A DNA stretch of 64,000 nucleotides, from positions 729,023 through 793,022 of the forward strand of contig JAHPZA010000009.1 in the NCBI GenBank assembly GCA_019058445.1. The letters run 5' to 3'. The translations under genes were made by a program, and so were the position numbers. Positions 31,030-41,899 of this stretch are shown in pieces. Position 1 is the stretch's first letter; each line of letters begins with the position of its first letter. The notes under the pieces were generated by a model. It did no database searches. It was given only the letters and a program-made list of their open reading frames with translations, and was not told the DNA's origin. This DNA is from Promethearchaeota archaeon. Lineage in GTDB: Archaea > Asgardarchaeota > Lokiarchaeia > Sigyniarchaeales > SOKP01.

Positions 31030-32436
31030 ATGAATAGTGAAAGTGATAATGATATAATTGAACGGAAGATGGCTACTACAGGGAAAATGATATCTTGGTC
31101 TGTTGGTGATATCCCGGGTTATCATTTAGGAACTGCCTATGCAATTTTTATTTTCTTTTTTTACGAAGTTGAAGTTGGCTTACCTACTGCATTAGTCGGT
31201 CTCGCTCTTATAATATTTGCCACCTGGAATGCAATAAATGATCCTATATTAGGTTATTTAACTGATAAACCCCGGAAATGGACAAAAAAATGGGGTATGC
31301 GATTTCCTTGGATTATGATAGGTGCTTTTCCTGCTCTACTCTTTTATTTTCTTATCTTCACTCCACAAATTGTTAATATCAATTCAAATCATTGGATAAT
31401 CTTCTTATATTTGGTAATGATATTATGTCTTTTCGATTTATTTTACTCACTCTTTGATATACATTTAGTTGGATCTTTTACAATGCAATTTCGTTCTGAT
31501 GAAGAACGCAGGAAGGCAGGTGAATATGATCAAATTATCCCTGGTTTGGGTATCATGGTATTAAGTATTATTCCGCCACTTATTATTGTATATGGAGATA
31601 TTGAGTCATATTCTTTAGCAGCATTGATAGTAGTTTTAATCATGTTAGTTTGTGTTATCCTTTCTATTCCTGGTGTAAAGGAATCTGAAGAGTTGAAAGA
31701 TATCTTTATTCAAGGATACGAATCTGCCGAAAAATTCTCATTTTTGAAAACATTAAAAATCGCGTTTAAACATAGAAGTTATGTGGTAGTAGCTATCTCA
31801 ATCCTTCTGTTTGAAACGGCTTATACTTTATTTTTAGCATCCCAACTCTATTATTTCAGGGATATTTTAAGGTTACCCTATTCCAATGCGTTGTATTCAA
31901 CTATAGCTACTTTTCTCGGTTTTATTATATCTATACCTTTTTGGGCTTGGGTTGCCAAAAAAATTGGACATGCACAGACTTTTACTCTGGGTCTTCTCTT
32001 AACATCCGTGACTCTTGTACCACTATTATGGATAGTAACTTTAGAAGGCTTCATTATATCCACTTTTATATGGGGTTTTGGTTTAGGAGCCTATTATGTG
32101 ATGATTCTACCAATATTTGCGGATGTAAATGATGAGGTCGCTCTTACTGCCGAAAAACGTCTCGAAGCAACTCTGACTGGAATTAGAGTTGTCTTTTCTC
32201 GCATAGCCATTATCTTCCAAGCTATTATTCTTGTATTGGTTCATATAGCTACAGGATATAATCCTGAGAGCTCTAAACAAACTACTTCGGCTGTTTGGGG
32301 AGTTCGCCTTCACATAGCATTGATTCCTTTAATATTACTCTTTATAGCATTTTTAATAATGCTTATATGGTATGACTTAAAAGATGAGAAAAAAGAAAAG
32401 ATATTTGCCCAGTTAAAAGAAAAAGGTCTTAAATGA
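31030..32436 (+). CDS. MFS transporter, GPH/MelB (glycoside:cation symporter) family
   Basis: WNAINDPILGYLTD and WGMRFPW motifs; about 12 TM. Confidence 0.9.
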   Translation: MNSESDNDIIERKMATTGKMISWSVGDIPGYHLGTAYAIFIFFFYEVEVGLPTALVGLALIIFATWNAINDPILGYLTDKPRKWTKKWGMRFPWIMIGAFPALLFYFLIFTPQIVNINSNHWIIFLYLVMILCLFDLFYSLFDIHLVGSFTMQFRSDEERRKAGEYDQIIPGLGIMVLSIIPPLIIVYGDIESYSLAALIVVLIMLVCVILSIPGVKESEELKDIFIQGYESAEKFSFLKTLKIAFKHRSYVVVAISILLFETAYTLFLASQLYYFRDILRLPYSNALYSTIATFLGFIISIPFWAWVAKKIGHAQTFTLGLLLTSVTLVPLLWIVTLEGFIISTFIWGFGLGAYYVMILPIFADVNDEVALTAEKRLEATLTGIRVVFSRIAIIFQAIILVLVHIATGYNPESSKQTTSAVWGVRLHIALIPLILLFIAFLIMLIWYDLKDEKKEKIFAQLKEKGLK

Positions 32437-32647
32437 ACCTTTAATTTATTTATCATATTTTTTTTTATCAAAAATTTGCTTCTAATTCTGAATTTTCTCG
32501 ATAAGTGAAAAATATAGAAATATTATAAGAGATAATTAAGAGAAAATGAATTACAATTATATGAAAAGAAAACTTTAAATGTTAAAAGTTATTGTATTTT
32601 TGTAAGTAGTTTAAATGATTTAAATTTCGAAATCTAAGTGATTTAAA

Positions 32648-33373
32648 ATGGAACTTGAAACAATTGAATATTGGCAAGGGACAACTTCTTTAATCTTTAT
32701 AATAGTAATTTTTTTTGTAGGATTGCACTTTTTTTTAAAGTATTTTAAATTTCATGAGAAGAATTTAGCGTATGCGGGAATTTCTTGGATTGGAATTTCA
32801 ATAACATTTTTACCTGAAGCAATTAATTTAATAATGATTCTCTTCTTTAATTCTCATCTAAGCATAGAGGTATACTTCTTAATAGTCTTTGGTTTTCTTC
32901 CTTTCACATTGTTAGCGTGGCTAATTCTTATAACAAATTTGATGTATAGAAACAAACAGAAATTATTATTAATTATCTATGTTTTAATTTTCGGAATCCT
33001 TGAAGTAGTTTTTTTCTATCTTCTATATAACGAGATAGAATATATCGGGAACTATTTAACATCCTTTAATATTAGATTTGGTTTATTCAGTCAAATTTAC
33101 TTGCTTATTTCTATAATTACTTTTGAAATTCCAGGTTTTCTATTTGCTCACCGAGGGTTAAAATCAGATGATCCTGAAATAAAATTGAAAGGAAGATTTC
33201 TTTTATTGGCCTTAATTCTCTTTGCTGTTGCGGCAGTTCTAGAAGTAGTTGCACCCTGGACTGTAGTTGTTGTAATTTCTGTAAGAATTCTTTTGATATT
33301 AAGTTCTTTTGCGTTTTATTACGGCTTTGTGCTACCTAACTTTATCAAGAAACTCTTTTTAAACGTGGAATAA
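32648..33373 (+). CDS. Uncharacterised ~7-TM membrane protein
   Basis: Shares PEIKL(K/R)G(R/K)FLL and FY.GFVLP motifs with 8165..8884. Confidence 0.75.
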   Translation: MELETIEYWQGTTSLIFIIVIFFVGLHFFLKYFKFHEKNLAYAGISWIGISITFLPEAINLIMILFFNSHLSIEVYFLIVFGFLPFTLLAWLILITNLMYRNKQKLLLIIYVLIFGILEVVFFYLLYNEIEYIGNYLTSFNIRFGLFSQIYLLISIITFEIPGFLFAHRGLKSDDPEIKLKGRFLLLALILFAVAAVLEVVAPWTVVVVISVRILLILSSFAFYYGFVLPNFIKKLFLNVE

Positions 33374-33535
33374 TGCATATAACTATAGATTTTAAAGAAA
33401 AAAAATTATTATTATATTTTTTGAGTTTTATTTTTTTTTTTATATTGAATGAGGTCTAGTTTATCCTATGTGTTTTCTGTAGTGACTTCTTTTTCGATAT
33501 TTAGAAGGTATAAAGATTTAGAAAAATATAAAAAA

Positions 33536-34699
33536 TCATTTCTCCTGTATTTTTAAGGCAATTAAATCAAGGATGTCAATAACTTTTATTTTATCTTGAA
33601 TTTTAGATGCCATTTCGTTTAATGCATCGTTTAAATTACCTATGCAAAAGGGACAGCTAGATAATAATATTTCAGCACCGGTCTCAATCGCTTCTCTGAT
33701 TCGATCTTTAGCATTATTTATAGCTAAGTCTGGAAATTGGCTCTTTACACCGCCTCCTGCTCCACAACAAAATGCATTTTTACGATTTCTTTTCATTTCA
33801 ATTAAATCAATTCCAGGAATTTTAGAAATTACTTCGCGAGGGACTTCAAAAAGATTCATATGTCGACCTAAATGACAGGGATCGTGGTATGTGACTTTAG
33901 TTTTCTCTTTTTCTTCAGTAAATGGTAATTTGTTAATTTTTAGTATTTCGACTAATAATTCTGTAATATGTTTTACTTCAAAAGGTAATTTTTCACCTAA
34001 AATTTCTGGATAGTCTTTTTTTAAAGTTCTATAACACCCCGCACATGCGGTCATAACTGTCTTAGCCCCCATATCCTTAAATAGTTCAATATTATGTTTA
34101 GCTTGTTCCTCAGCAAATTTTATATCACCAATTCTCAATCCTATGGAACCGCAACACCACTCATCTTTTGTGATTGCAATTTCCTTTCCAGCAGCATGTA
34201 ATATTTTTATCATATTTTTCAAAGTGCTTGGAGATCTAAGGGGCATCGTACAACCTCCAAAGAAAACTAATTCACCCTTATCTTTTATATTGGAAAATTC
34301 TGTAGTCCATTCATATTTTTTAGTTTTTTCCTCTCCATAAGGATTCCTCATATGATCGTGCTTCATATATTCAACTAATTTTTTATGTCTTTCCAACGGT
34401 GCGAATCCGTTTTTTACTAAATCTTTTCTAAAAGCTTCATAAATATCTGTAGTAGGGACTCCTGCCTCGCACATGTCTTTACAATATCCACAAGTAGTAC
34501 AACTATATATCACATCTGCAATTTCTTTATTCAGTTTAAGATCACCATTTAATATTCCTTGAATGAGATACATACGCCCACGTGCAAAGTAAGTTTCAAA
34601 TCTCATTTGTTCCCAGCTAGGGCACCCTTCTCGACAAAAAGCGCAACGTTCTAAAGTGCAATATTCAATTTCAGTTTTATATTTTTCAATTTGCATCAT
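33536..34699 (-). CDS. Fe-S oxidoreductase with two CCG domains (GlcF/HdrD-like)
   Basis: CTTCGYC..MC, CCG, YHDPCHL, CCGAGGG and CPFC motifs. Confidence 0.9.
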   Translation of the reverse strand: MMQIEKYKTEIEYCTLERCAFCREGCPSWEQMRFETYFARGRMYLIQGILNGDLKLNKEIADVIYSCTTCGYCKDMCEAGVPTTDIYEAFRKDLVKNGFAPLERHKKLVEYMKHDHMRNPYGEEKTKKYEWTTEFSNIKDKGELVFFGGCTMPLRSPSTLKNMIKILHAAGKEIAITKDEWCCGSIGLRIGDIKFAEEQAKHNIELFKDMGAKTVMTACAGCYRTLKKDYPEILGEKLPFEVKHITELLVEILKINKLPFTEEKEKTKVTYHDPCHLGRHMNLFEVPREVISKIPGIDLIEMKRNRKNAFCCGAGGGVKSQFPDLAINNAKDRIREAIETGAEILLSSCPFCIGNLNDALNEMASKIQDKIKVIDILDLIALKIQEK

Positions 34700-34703
34700 T
34701 ATA

Positions 34704-36083
34704 TCACTTTATATCAATTTGTTTTCCTGGATTTAGAATATTATTTGGATCTAGAGCTTGTTTTATCTTTTTCATAATATCAATTCCCCAAATTCCATGT
34801 TCTTTTTCCATATATCGCTTAAAAGCAAGCCCTACGCCGTGGACGGTTTCCATTGTTCCGCCAAATTTATGCACTTCCTCAACAAGCTCTCTATGAGCCT
34901 TTATGGCTGATTCTCCTTGTTCAGGAGTAAACATAATACCTATGAAAAAATCACCTGGATGATCCCAGATACCTACATATAAAACATTAATATTATACTT
35001 TCGACATATTTCAAGAGATTTGCTACGAAATTCTTTAACAAAAGGTACAGGAAGCCCAACATTTAAATCCCAACCGTGATATTTTACATAATTATCTAGA
35101 CCTAATCTTTTCGCCAATTTTTGAAAACCAATATGACGTTCTTCCCATTTCTTTTTTACAGAACGTGCTCTATTTTCTCGTCCACCATTTTTTTCACAGA
35201 GCCCTTTTAACATTTTAGTTTGGAGATCTACAATTTCTTCGATACCTTCAAACACTATTTGTAGTGTTGCAGGTGTATTGGACGTTCTGGGTAATTCTTC
35301 TTCAAGTTCTAAAGAAGCAGGATATAATCCTTTTTTAAATAAGTTGACTACAGTTTCAAAACCTTTATTAAAATTTTCAAATGTAAAACCCAAAATATTA
35401 CGCTTTTCATATAAAGGGAATGCTTTAATCACGGCTTCAGTAATTACTCCAAAAATTCCTTCAGTTCCTATAAAAAGCCTATTCAAATCTAAACCCATTG
35501 AAGATTTATGTATTGCTCTTGTTCGGATTAAATTTCCTGTAGGAAGTACAACTTCTAACCCTAATACTTGTTCTCCCATACTTTTATATTTTGTAGCACG
35601 ATATCCAACTGAATTCGTGGAAATGCATCCCCCTACTGTAGCTGATGGTCTACTCCATGGATCATGTCCCAATATTAAATTTTTTTTTTTTAATTCATTA
35701 TTTAAAAATTCTAAATTAATACCAGGTTGAACTCGTACACTCATATCATCCTCATTAATTTCAAGAATTTTATTCATAGATTTCATGTCTAATAAAATAC
35801 CCCCATAATGAGGAATAGCAGCTCCTAATAATCCAGTGCCTCCCGAATAAGGAGTTATGGGAATTTTCTGTTTATTAGCAAGTTTAAATATTTTTACTAT
35901 TTGTTCAGTATTTTCAGGCTTCACAACGATATCAGGAGAATGTTCAATAGTTTTTTTGAATTCAAAACTTCTATAAATGACTCCCCAATCTTTTCTATAT
36001 GAATAAAGAATGAAGTCCTTAATAGAAGCATTTTCTATAGGAACAATTCTTACTATTTCGTTAAAAAGATCTGTTTTTTCCAT
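34704..36083 (-). CDS. FAD-binding oxidoreductase (GlcD/D-lactate dehydrogenase-like)
   Basis: GGTGL.G, TVGG, GTEG.FGVIT, HGVG and DPNNILNPGK motifs. Confidence 0.9.
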   Translation of the reverse strand: MEKTDLFNEIVRIVPIENASIKDFILYSYRKDWGVIYRSFEFKKTIEHSPDIVVKPENTEQIVKIFKLANKQKIPITPYSGGTGLLGAAIPHYGGILLDMKSMNKILEINEDDMSVRVQPGINLEFLNNELKKKNLILGHDPWSRPSATVGGCISTNSVGYRATKYKSMGEQVLGLEVVLPTGNLIRTRAIHKSSMGLDLNRLFIGTEGIFGVITEAVIKAFPLYEKRNILGFTFENFNKGFETVVNLFKKGLYPASLELEEELPRTSNTPATLQIVFEGIEEIVDLQTKMLKGLCEKNGGRENRARSVKKKWEERHIGFQKLAKRLGLDNYVKYHGWDLNVGLPVPFVKEFRSKSLEICRKYNINVLYVGIWDHPGDFFIGIMFTPEQGESAIKAHRELVEEVHKFGGTMETVHGVGLAFKRYMEKEHGIWGIDIMKKIKQALDPNNILNPGKQIDIK

Positions 36084-36290
36084 TTAAATCACAAATAAGG
36101 ATTTTTATATATTTAATATTCTATTATCAATCTTTTATATCTTAATCAGTCATAATAGTGAATATAATTAATAATATTGATTCTCACCTTTTATTTTTTC
36201 TACATTTAAATTATGTATTTGAAAAAATTGAGTTTGCATTATAAATCTGGACTTATGGTTAAATTCTTTTAATTGATATTATCATGATAT

Positions 36291-37313
36291 TTATAGCAAA
36301 TTATATTTCGCTTTTAATTCCGTATAAGTTTCACCAATAACTCGCCACACTTCCTTTGGATTTCTACTAGCAACAGATGTCCCTTCAGCACCCCTATAAC
36401 ACCATGAAAAAATTGAATCTACTTTATAATCATCAAAAATTTTAATTGCTTTTTTCAATTCAATTTCTTTTTTTCTTGGAATTAGAAATGCTAAACACCA
36501 TAATTGTGATTCAAGGTTATATTTCGTTGCTAAATCAACTGTTATTTTGGTATATTTTTCAACATAATCCAAGGATTTTCTATATAATAACCAGTATGGA
36601 TCGGAGCTGAAGACGTCAATTGTATCTTTTAAAATCGCGCAACATCGATTCCAATCTTGTATACCTGTTACTTCTGGAGGGGGAAGTAAACAAACTGTTA
36701 TTTTTTTTGTAGGATCTATCTCTTTAACTTGTATTGAAATTTCTTTTAAAAAATTGATAATCATATCTTCTTTAAATTTGATTATATCGTCTGTCAATAC
36801 TATAGGCATATTTTTTTTATAAAAATCAGTAAATATCTCTTGGCATGTTTTACATCTGCAGGTAAAATATTCCGCGGTTGGAGGTGTATAATAATAATGA
36901 GGCTCATCCCAGAAAAATCCATCAATAAAATCTTTTTTTGCCAGAATTTTAATGGCATCAAATATATACTTCTGAAATTCAGGTTTATTAAAACATGCCG
37001 CTGGAACCTTTACTCCAGTTGTAGAGATTTCTTGCCTATATTTATGATTATTATGAAGAAAAAATGAGGGAGCTTCACCACCAAATATTCCACCCCACGC
37101 CCAAAAATTTATATAAACTGTGAAATCAAATTCTTTTGCTATTTGGCAAATACTAAAAACATTTTTTTTCCATTCAATCCAATCATATTCAGACATTGCA
37201 ATTAATATTGAATTGCATCCATGTTCACTCATTTCTTCAATATCTTGACGAGCTCTGTCAGGAAATAGATTGCCATAATATGCCACACCCAACTCTTTTA
37301 CCATTTTATACAC
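36291..37313 (-). CDS. Putative TIM-barrel glycoside hydrolase
   Basis: GVAYYG, GGIFGGE, DGFFWDEPH, CRC.TC and SDPYW motifs. Confidence 0.6.
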   Translation of the reverse strand: MYKMVKELGVAYYGNLFPDRARQDIEEMSEHGCNSILIAMSEYDWIEWKKNVFSICQIAKEFDFTVYINFWAWGGIFGGEAPSFFLHNNHKYRQEISTTGVKVPAACFNKPEFQKYIFDAIKILAKKDFIDGFFWDEPHYYYTPPTAEYFTCRCKTCQEIFTDFYKKNMPIVLTDDIIKFKEDMIINFLKEISIQVKEIDPTKKITVCLLPPPEVTGIQDWNRCCAILKDTIDVFSSDPYWLLYRKSLDYVEKYTKITVDLATKYNLESQLWCLAFLIPRKKEIELKKAIKIFDDYKVDSIFSWCYRGAEGTSVASRNPKEVWRVIGETYTELKAKYNLL

Positions 37314-37576
37314 CAGATTTACAATGCTTTGATATAATTCAAAAATGTGGTTGTTTATTATTATAACAGTAAATATTTTAAAGAATTTAAGTAAAATTAT
37401 TTGTAAAGCTTTATTTATAGCATGATTATGGATATACCAAAAATTAAAAATTCAAATAGATGAGTCATTTTCACTTAAATTAATTTTTAAAAAAATCTGA
37501 TACTAAATCCTAATTTTAAAACTTAAATAATTACTTAATTATTTAATAAAAAATAAATTCGATTTGAAATATAAAA

Positions 37577-38968
37577 ATGAAAATTGCCATATTAAATGGA
37601 AGTCCGAAAGGAGATCAAAGTGTTACAATGCAATACATATTGTATGTAAAGAAGAAAATTCCGGAGCATGAGTATAACATTTTAAATGTAGCTCAACAAA
37701 TAAAAAGGCTTGAAAAAAACGATGCCGCTTTTCAAGAAATTTTGGATGCGATCAGAGATTCAGATGCGGTTATTTGGGGTTTTCCTTTATATGTCATGGT
37801 TATTGCTTCCCAGTTTAAACGGTTTATTGAACTTATTTTTGAGAAAAAGGCTACGAGCTATTTTAATGATAAATATACCATGTTGTTATTGACTTCAATT
37901 CACTTTTTTGACCATACCGCTGAAAATTATATGCATGGAATTTGCGATGATCTGGGAATGAAATTTGTGGATTTTTATTCCGCAGATAGTTGGGATCTAT
38001 TATATCCTAAAAGAAGAGCGATGTGGCTAAAAATAGCTGAAAATTTCTTTGAAGCAGTCGAAAAGAAGATTCCAACTACGAGACAATTCCCTCCGATCCA
38101 CTTAAGGGAATTTGAATATAATCCAGAAAAATTCAAAAATGGAGAAAAAAAAGTAGATCCTGAAGATAAAAAAATTCTTATTATTACTGATTCTATAGAT
38201 GATAATAAAAATCTGGGAAAAATGATCAAAAAGTTCCAATCTTGTTTTTCCAAGAACATAGAAATAATCAATATTCATGATGTAGATATTCTGGGAGGAT
38301 GCATAGGCTGCGGTAAATGTGGATATAATCATGAATGCTCATATACGGGAAAAGATGGATATCAAGAATTTTGGGAAGAAAGTGTAATGAAGGCTGACGT
38401 ATTGATATTTGCAGGAACTATAAAGGATAGGTTCTTATCTTCAAGATGGAAAATGGTGTATGACAGAGCTTTTTATAACACCCACACTCCAACTTTAATT
38501 GGAAAACAGTTAGGGTATATAGTTTCCGGGCCTTTTAGTCAAATCCCTAATCTAAAAGAAATGATGCAAGCACATGTAGAAATCCAAATGTCAAATCTCG
38601 TAGGGTTTGTAACAGATGAGTATGGAGATTCCGCTGAAATAGATGCCCTACTATATGATCTTGCTCGACGATTAATTAAATTTGCGCAAATGAATCTCAT
38701 AAAACCTCAGACTTTTCTTGGAGTGGGAGGTTTTAAAATATTTAGAGATGATGTATATGGACGTAATCGTTTCGTATTCTTAGCGGACCATAAATGGTAT
38801 GAAGAACATGGGGTGTATGATTCCTTTCCTCAAAATGATCAGAGAGCGATTGAAATGAATAAGAAACTGATTCCTTTAATACAAATTGACAAAATTAGAA
38901 ATAAAATGGACTTTAGAATAGAATTTTTAAAACCTTTTAAGAAAGTAATCACTGATCCAAATAAATAA
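37577..38968 (+). CDS. Two-domain flavodoxin-fold / iron-sulfur flavoprotein
   Basis: LNGSPK, FPLY and CIGCGKC.....C motifs. Confidence 0.85.
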   Translation: MKIAILNGSPKGDQSVTMQYILYVKKKIPEHEYNILNVAQQIKRLEKNDAAFQEILDAIRDSDAVIWGFPLYVMVIASQFKRFIELIFEKKATSYFNDKYTMLLLTSIHFFDHTAENYMHGICDDLGMKFVDFYSADSWDLLYPKRRAMWLKIAENFFEAVEKKIPTTRQFPPIHLREFEYNPEKFKNGEKKVDPEDKKILIITDSIDDNKNLGKMIKKFQSCFSKNIEIINIHDVDILGGCIGCGKCGYNHECSYTGKDGYQEFWEESVMKADVLIFAGTIKDRFLSSRWKMVYDRAFYNTHTPTLIGKQLGYIVSGPFSQIPNLKEMMQAHVEIQMSNLVGFVTDEYGDSAEIDALLYDLARRLIKFAQMNLIKPQTFLGVGGFKIFRDDVYGRNRFVFLADHKWYEEHGVYDSFPQNDQRAIEMNKKLIPLIQIDKIRNKMDFRIEFLKPFKKVITDPNK

Positions 38969-38997
38969 AATTAAAAAAACCAAATTGAGATATAAAA

Positions 38998-40395
38998 ATG
39001 AAAATTGCTGTATTAAATGGAAGTCCTAAAGGTAACCTAAGCGTTACTATGCAATACATTCTCTATATTCAAAAAAAATTCCCCCAACATGAACTTAAAA
39101 TCCTAAATGTTGCACAACAAATCAAAACACTTGAAAAAGATCAAGAAAAGTTTCAGGAGGTTATTGAAGTAATTAAGGCTTCTGAAGGGGTAATATGGGG
39201 TTTTCCTTTATATGTTACGTTAGTCTCATCTCAGTACAAACACTTCATTGAACTTATTAGTGAAAAAGGCGTAGAAGATGCCTTTAAAGATAAATATGCC
39301 GCTTTAGTATGCACGTCCATTCATTTCTATGATCATACTGCTGTGAACTATATCAATGCAATCAGTGATGATTTAGAAATGAGATTTGTAGGATTCTATT
39401 CCGCAGAAATGATGGATTTAATGGAAGAGGAGCAAAGAGAAAACCTAGTTTCATTTGCTAAAGATTTTTTTTATACAATTGAAAACAAGTTATCAACAAC
39501 AAGGAGATATCCCCCTCTAAAATTACGAGAGTATAAATACACACCAAGTGGACTTATAAACGATAAAGAAAAAATTCATGCGAATGGGAAGAAAATTTCA
39601 ATTATTACTGACTTGACAGATGAAGAATCTAACTTAGCAAAAATGATTAAATCATTTCAGGATTGTTTTTCAAGTAATGTTGAAATAATTAATGTGAATG
39701 ATGTAGATATTAAGGGAGGTTGTTTAGGATGTTGCCAGTGTGCGTATGATAACCAATGCATATATAGGGATAAAGATGGATTTACAGAATTCTATAATAC
39801 AAAAGTTAAAACGCCGGATATAATTATCCGGGCTTTAACGATAAAAGACAGATATTTTTCTTCTAGATGGAAATTAGTGCTTGATAGGAGCTTTTTTAAC
39901 GGTCATGTTCCGACGATAATCGGGAGACAAATCGGCTATATTATTTCAGGTCCGCTGGGACAAATACCTAACCTGAGACAAATCATTTACGGGATGACTG
40001 AACTTGCAGATAACAATCTGGTTGACATTGTTACGGATGAATATGGAGAATCACGGGACATTGATCAAATGCTTTATAATTTAGCAGAAAGGGTAGTAAG
40101 ACTCTCAAATTCTAATTATATTAGTCCGGGGACTTATCTTGCTGTAGGGGGGAGAAAAATATTCCGAGATGCCATTTATGGTAGAATGCGCTTTGTTTTT
40201 CAAGCTGATCATCGGTATTATGAAGAACATGGATTATATGATTTCCCACAAGACGATGAACAAGCCAAGAAGATGAATGATATGTTTATCCCCTTGATTA
40301 ATAAAGATGAGAAATTTAGAAAAATGTTTTATTCGAGAACCACAACGGAAATGGTAAAACCATTGCAGGAGATAGTGAAAAATCCTAAAAAATAG
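38998..40395 (+). CDS. Two-domain flavodoxin-fold / iron-sulfur flavoprotein (tandem paralog)
   Basis: LNGSPK and CLGCCQC.....C motifs; colinear with its neighbour. Confidence 0.85.
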   Translation: MKIAVLNGSPKGNLSVTMQYILYIQKKFPQHELKILNVAQQIKTLEKDQEKFQEVIEVIKASEGVIWGFPLYVTLVSSQYKHFIELISEKGVEDAFKDKYAALVCTSIHFYDHTAVNYINAISDDLEMRFVGFYSAEMMDLMEEEQRENLVSFAKDFFYTIENKLSTTRRYPPLKLREYKYTPSGLINDKEKIHANGKKISIITDLTDEESNLAKMIKSFQDCFSSNVEIINVNDVDIKGGCLGCCQCAYDNQCIYRDKDGFTEFYNTKVKTPDIIIRALTIKDRYFSSRWKLVLDRSFFNGHVPTIIGRQIGYIISGPLGQIPNLRQIIYGMTELADNNLVDIVTDEYGESRDIDQMLYNLAERVVRLSNSNYISPGTYLAVGGRKIFRDAIYGRMRFVFQADHRYYEEHGLYDFPQDDEQAKKMNDMFIPLINKDEKFRKMFYSRTTTEMVKPLQEIVKNPKK

Positions 40396-40428
40396 AGTGG
40401 TTATAAATTAAATAAATCAGGGATTCAA

Positions 40429-40617
40429 ATGGTTTGGGGTGGAGCTTTTGATGAAAAAGGATCCGACTATATTAGAAATTTAGTACAGGCTGAAAAAACG
40501 ATAAAATTCCTCGAAAAATTTAAAGAAGAAGTAAATCAGGATGAGAAAGAATGCCTATTAAAGACCATAGATATTATAGTAAACCACTTTTCAAAAAATA
40601 GAAATGAAGAACCTTAG
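40429..40617 (+). CDS. Small hypothetical protein
   Basis: ATG-start ORF that fills the intergenic gap; amphipathic helical composition. Confidence 0.55.
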   Translation: MVWGGAFDEKGSDYIRNLVQAEKTIKFLEKFKEEVNQDEKECLLKTIDIIVNHFSKNRNEEP

Positions 40618-40622
40618 ATTAT

Positions 40623-41192
40623 TTATATTTTTTTTATTATTTCTTTTATAATATTAATAAGATTATCAGCTACTTTTTTTATTGTATCTGTGAGTTGAAA
40701 GTCAAAAAAAGGTAAATCTTCATTCTCACTTTTATCATCAATGGAAAATTCATCGTTTTTATACAAAACCAATTCTTTAAATCCCTCAAGGCTTTCTGGA
40801 ACAATACCTATCATAAACACGGATAAATTTTGAAGTCTCTCAACAATTAAATCCACAACAATATGAACAGGGATAGTATGAGTAGAAATAGGAATATAAT
40901 CACATAAATTTTCACGTTCTAATATTGCTACGGTTCCTGGTGGCCCGCTTAAAGTACACGTATCTAAAATTACTAAGTGCGATGGATTAAATTCTATAAC
41001 CTGATCAATTCTCGCCATAGGGTCTATATTTGCATTCATAAATAAAAATCGTTCATTAGAATAATCTAGAAGTTCAGTAACTATATAAGACCCTACTCCA
41101 TCATCACTCATTTTTTCCTCGCCAATTCCCATGAACACTATTTTGGTGGCACCATTTAAGCGGCTCAATAATTTTTCAAGTATCTCTTTCAT
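40623..41192 (-). CDS. hycI: Hydrogenase maturation protease (HycI-like)
   Basis: MGIG....DDGVG, VILD and ISTHTIP motifs. Confidence 0.85.
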   Translation of the reverse strand: MKEILEKLLSRLNGATKIVFMGIGEEKMSDDGVGSYIVTELLDYSNERFLFMNANIDPMARIDQVIEFNPSHLVILDTCTLSGPPGTVAILERENLCDYIPISTHTIPVHIVVDLIVERLQNLSVFMIGIVPESLEGFKELVLYKNDEFSIDDKSENEDLPFFDFQLTDTIKKVADNLINIIKEIIKKI

Positions 41193-41290
41193 AGTTATAG
41201 TAGAAAGGAATAGAAAATAAATTAATATTTCCTCTTCCTCCAGAAAACGGTAAAATTCATTAATTAGAGAAGATTTTAATTAAATAGGAA

Positions 41291-41899
41291 ATGACGGAAA
41301 AACCGATTGAAAAGAGTCAAATAGAAGGAATTATAGAAGGTAATAAAGTTATTATTTCTGATAAAGAAGGAATTGAAGATTTCTATAAAACTTCATATAT
41401 TGGAACACTTGAAAAAGATACGAATAATCAGGATATATTGATTTTAGAGCCAATGGAAGTCCTTCTTTTATGCGAGAGGCGAAGAATATTATTATGGGAA
41501 AACAATGATAAAAATAAAGCTCAATATGATTTCGAAAAACTCTTAGAATATTTCACTCAAAATGATGATAGATTATGGCATAAATATATCATCTATATGG
41601 ACTTACGAAAAAGAGGTTACATCGTTAGAACTGGTTATGGTGATGGCATAGAATTCCGCGTGTTCAAAAGAGGTGCTAACTTTGAAGAAGATTCTGCCAA
41701 ATTTTTAATATATCCCGTGTATGAGGGGAGTCCTATAGAATTGAAAGATTTAGATAGGATCTCCAGAGTTGCGATGAGTTCTCGCAAAGATCTTATAGTA
41801 GCTACTGTTGATAGGTTAAGTAAACCAATATATTACAGTGTGAAAAAATTCCAAATATTAAACATTGAAGGTAGTGAAAAAAAACAAAATGCAAGATAA
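41291..41899 (+). CDS. endA: tRNA-splicing endonuclease subunit, probably non-catalytic structural type
   Basis: L.PME, Y.DLRKRGYIVRTG, RVA...RK.LIVA.VD and IYY motifs; catalytic Tyr and His positions appear substituted. Confidence 0.88.
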   Translation: MTEKPIEKSQIEGIIEGNKVIISDKEGIEDFYKTSYIGTLEKDTNNQDILILEPMEVLLLCERRRILLWENNDKNKAQYDFEKLLEYFTQNDDRLWHKYIIYMDLRKRGYIVRTGYGDGIEFRVFKRGANFEEDSAKFLIYPVYEGSPIELKDLDRISRVAMSSRKDLIVATVDRLSKPIYYSVKKFQILNIEGSEKKQNAR

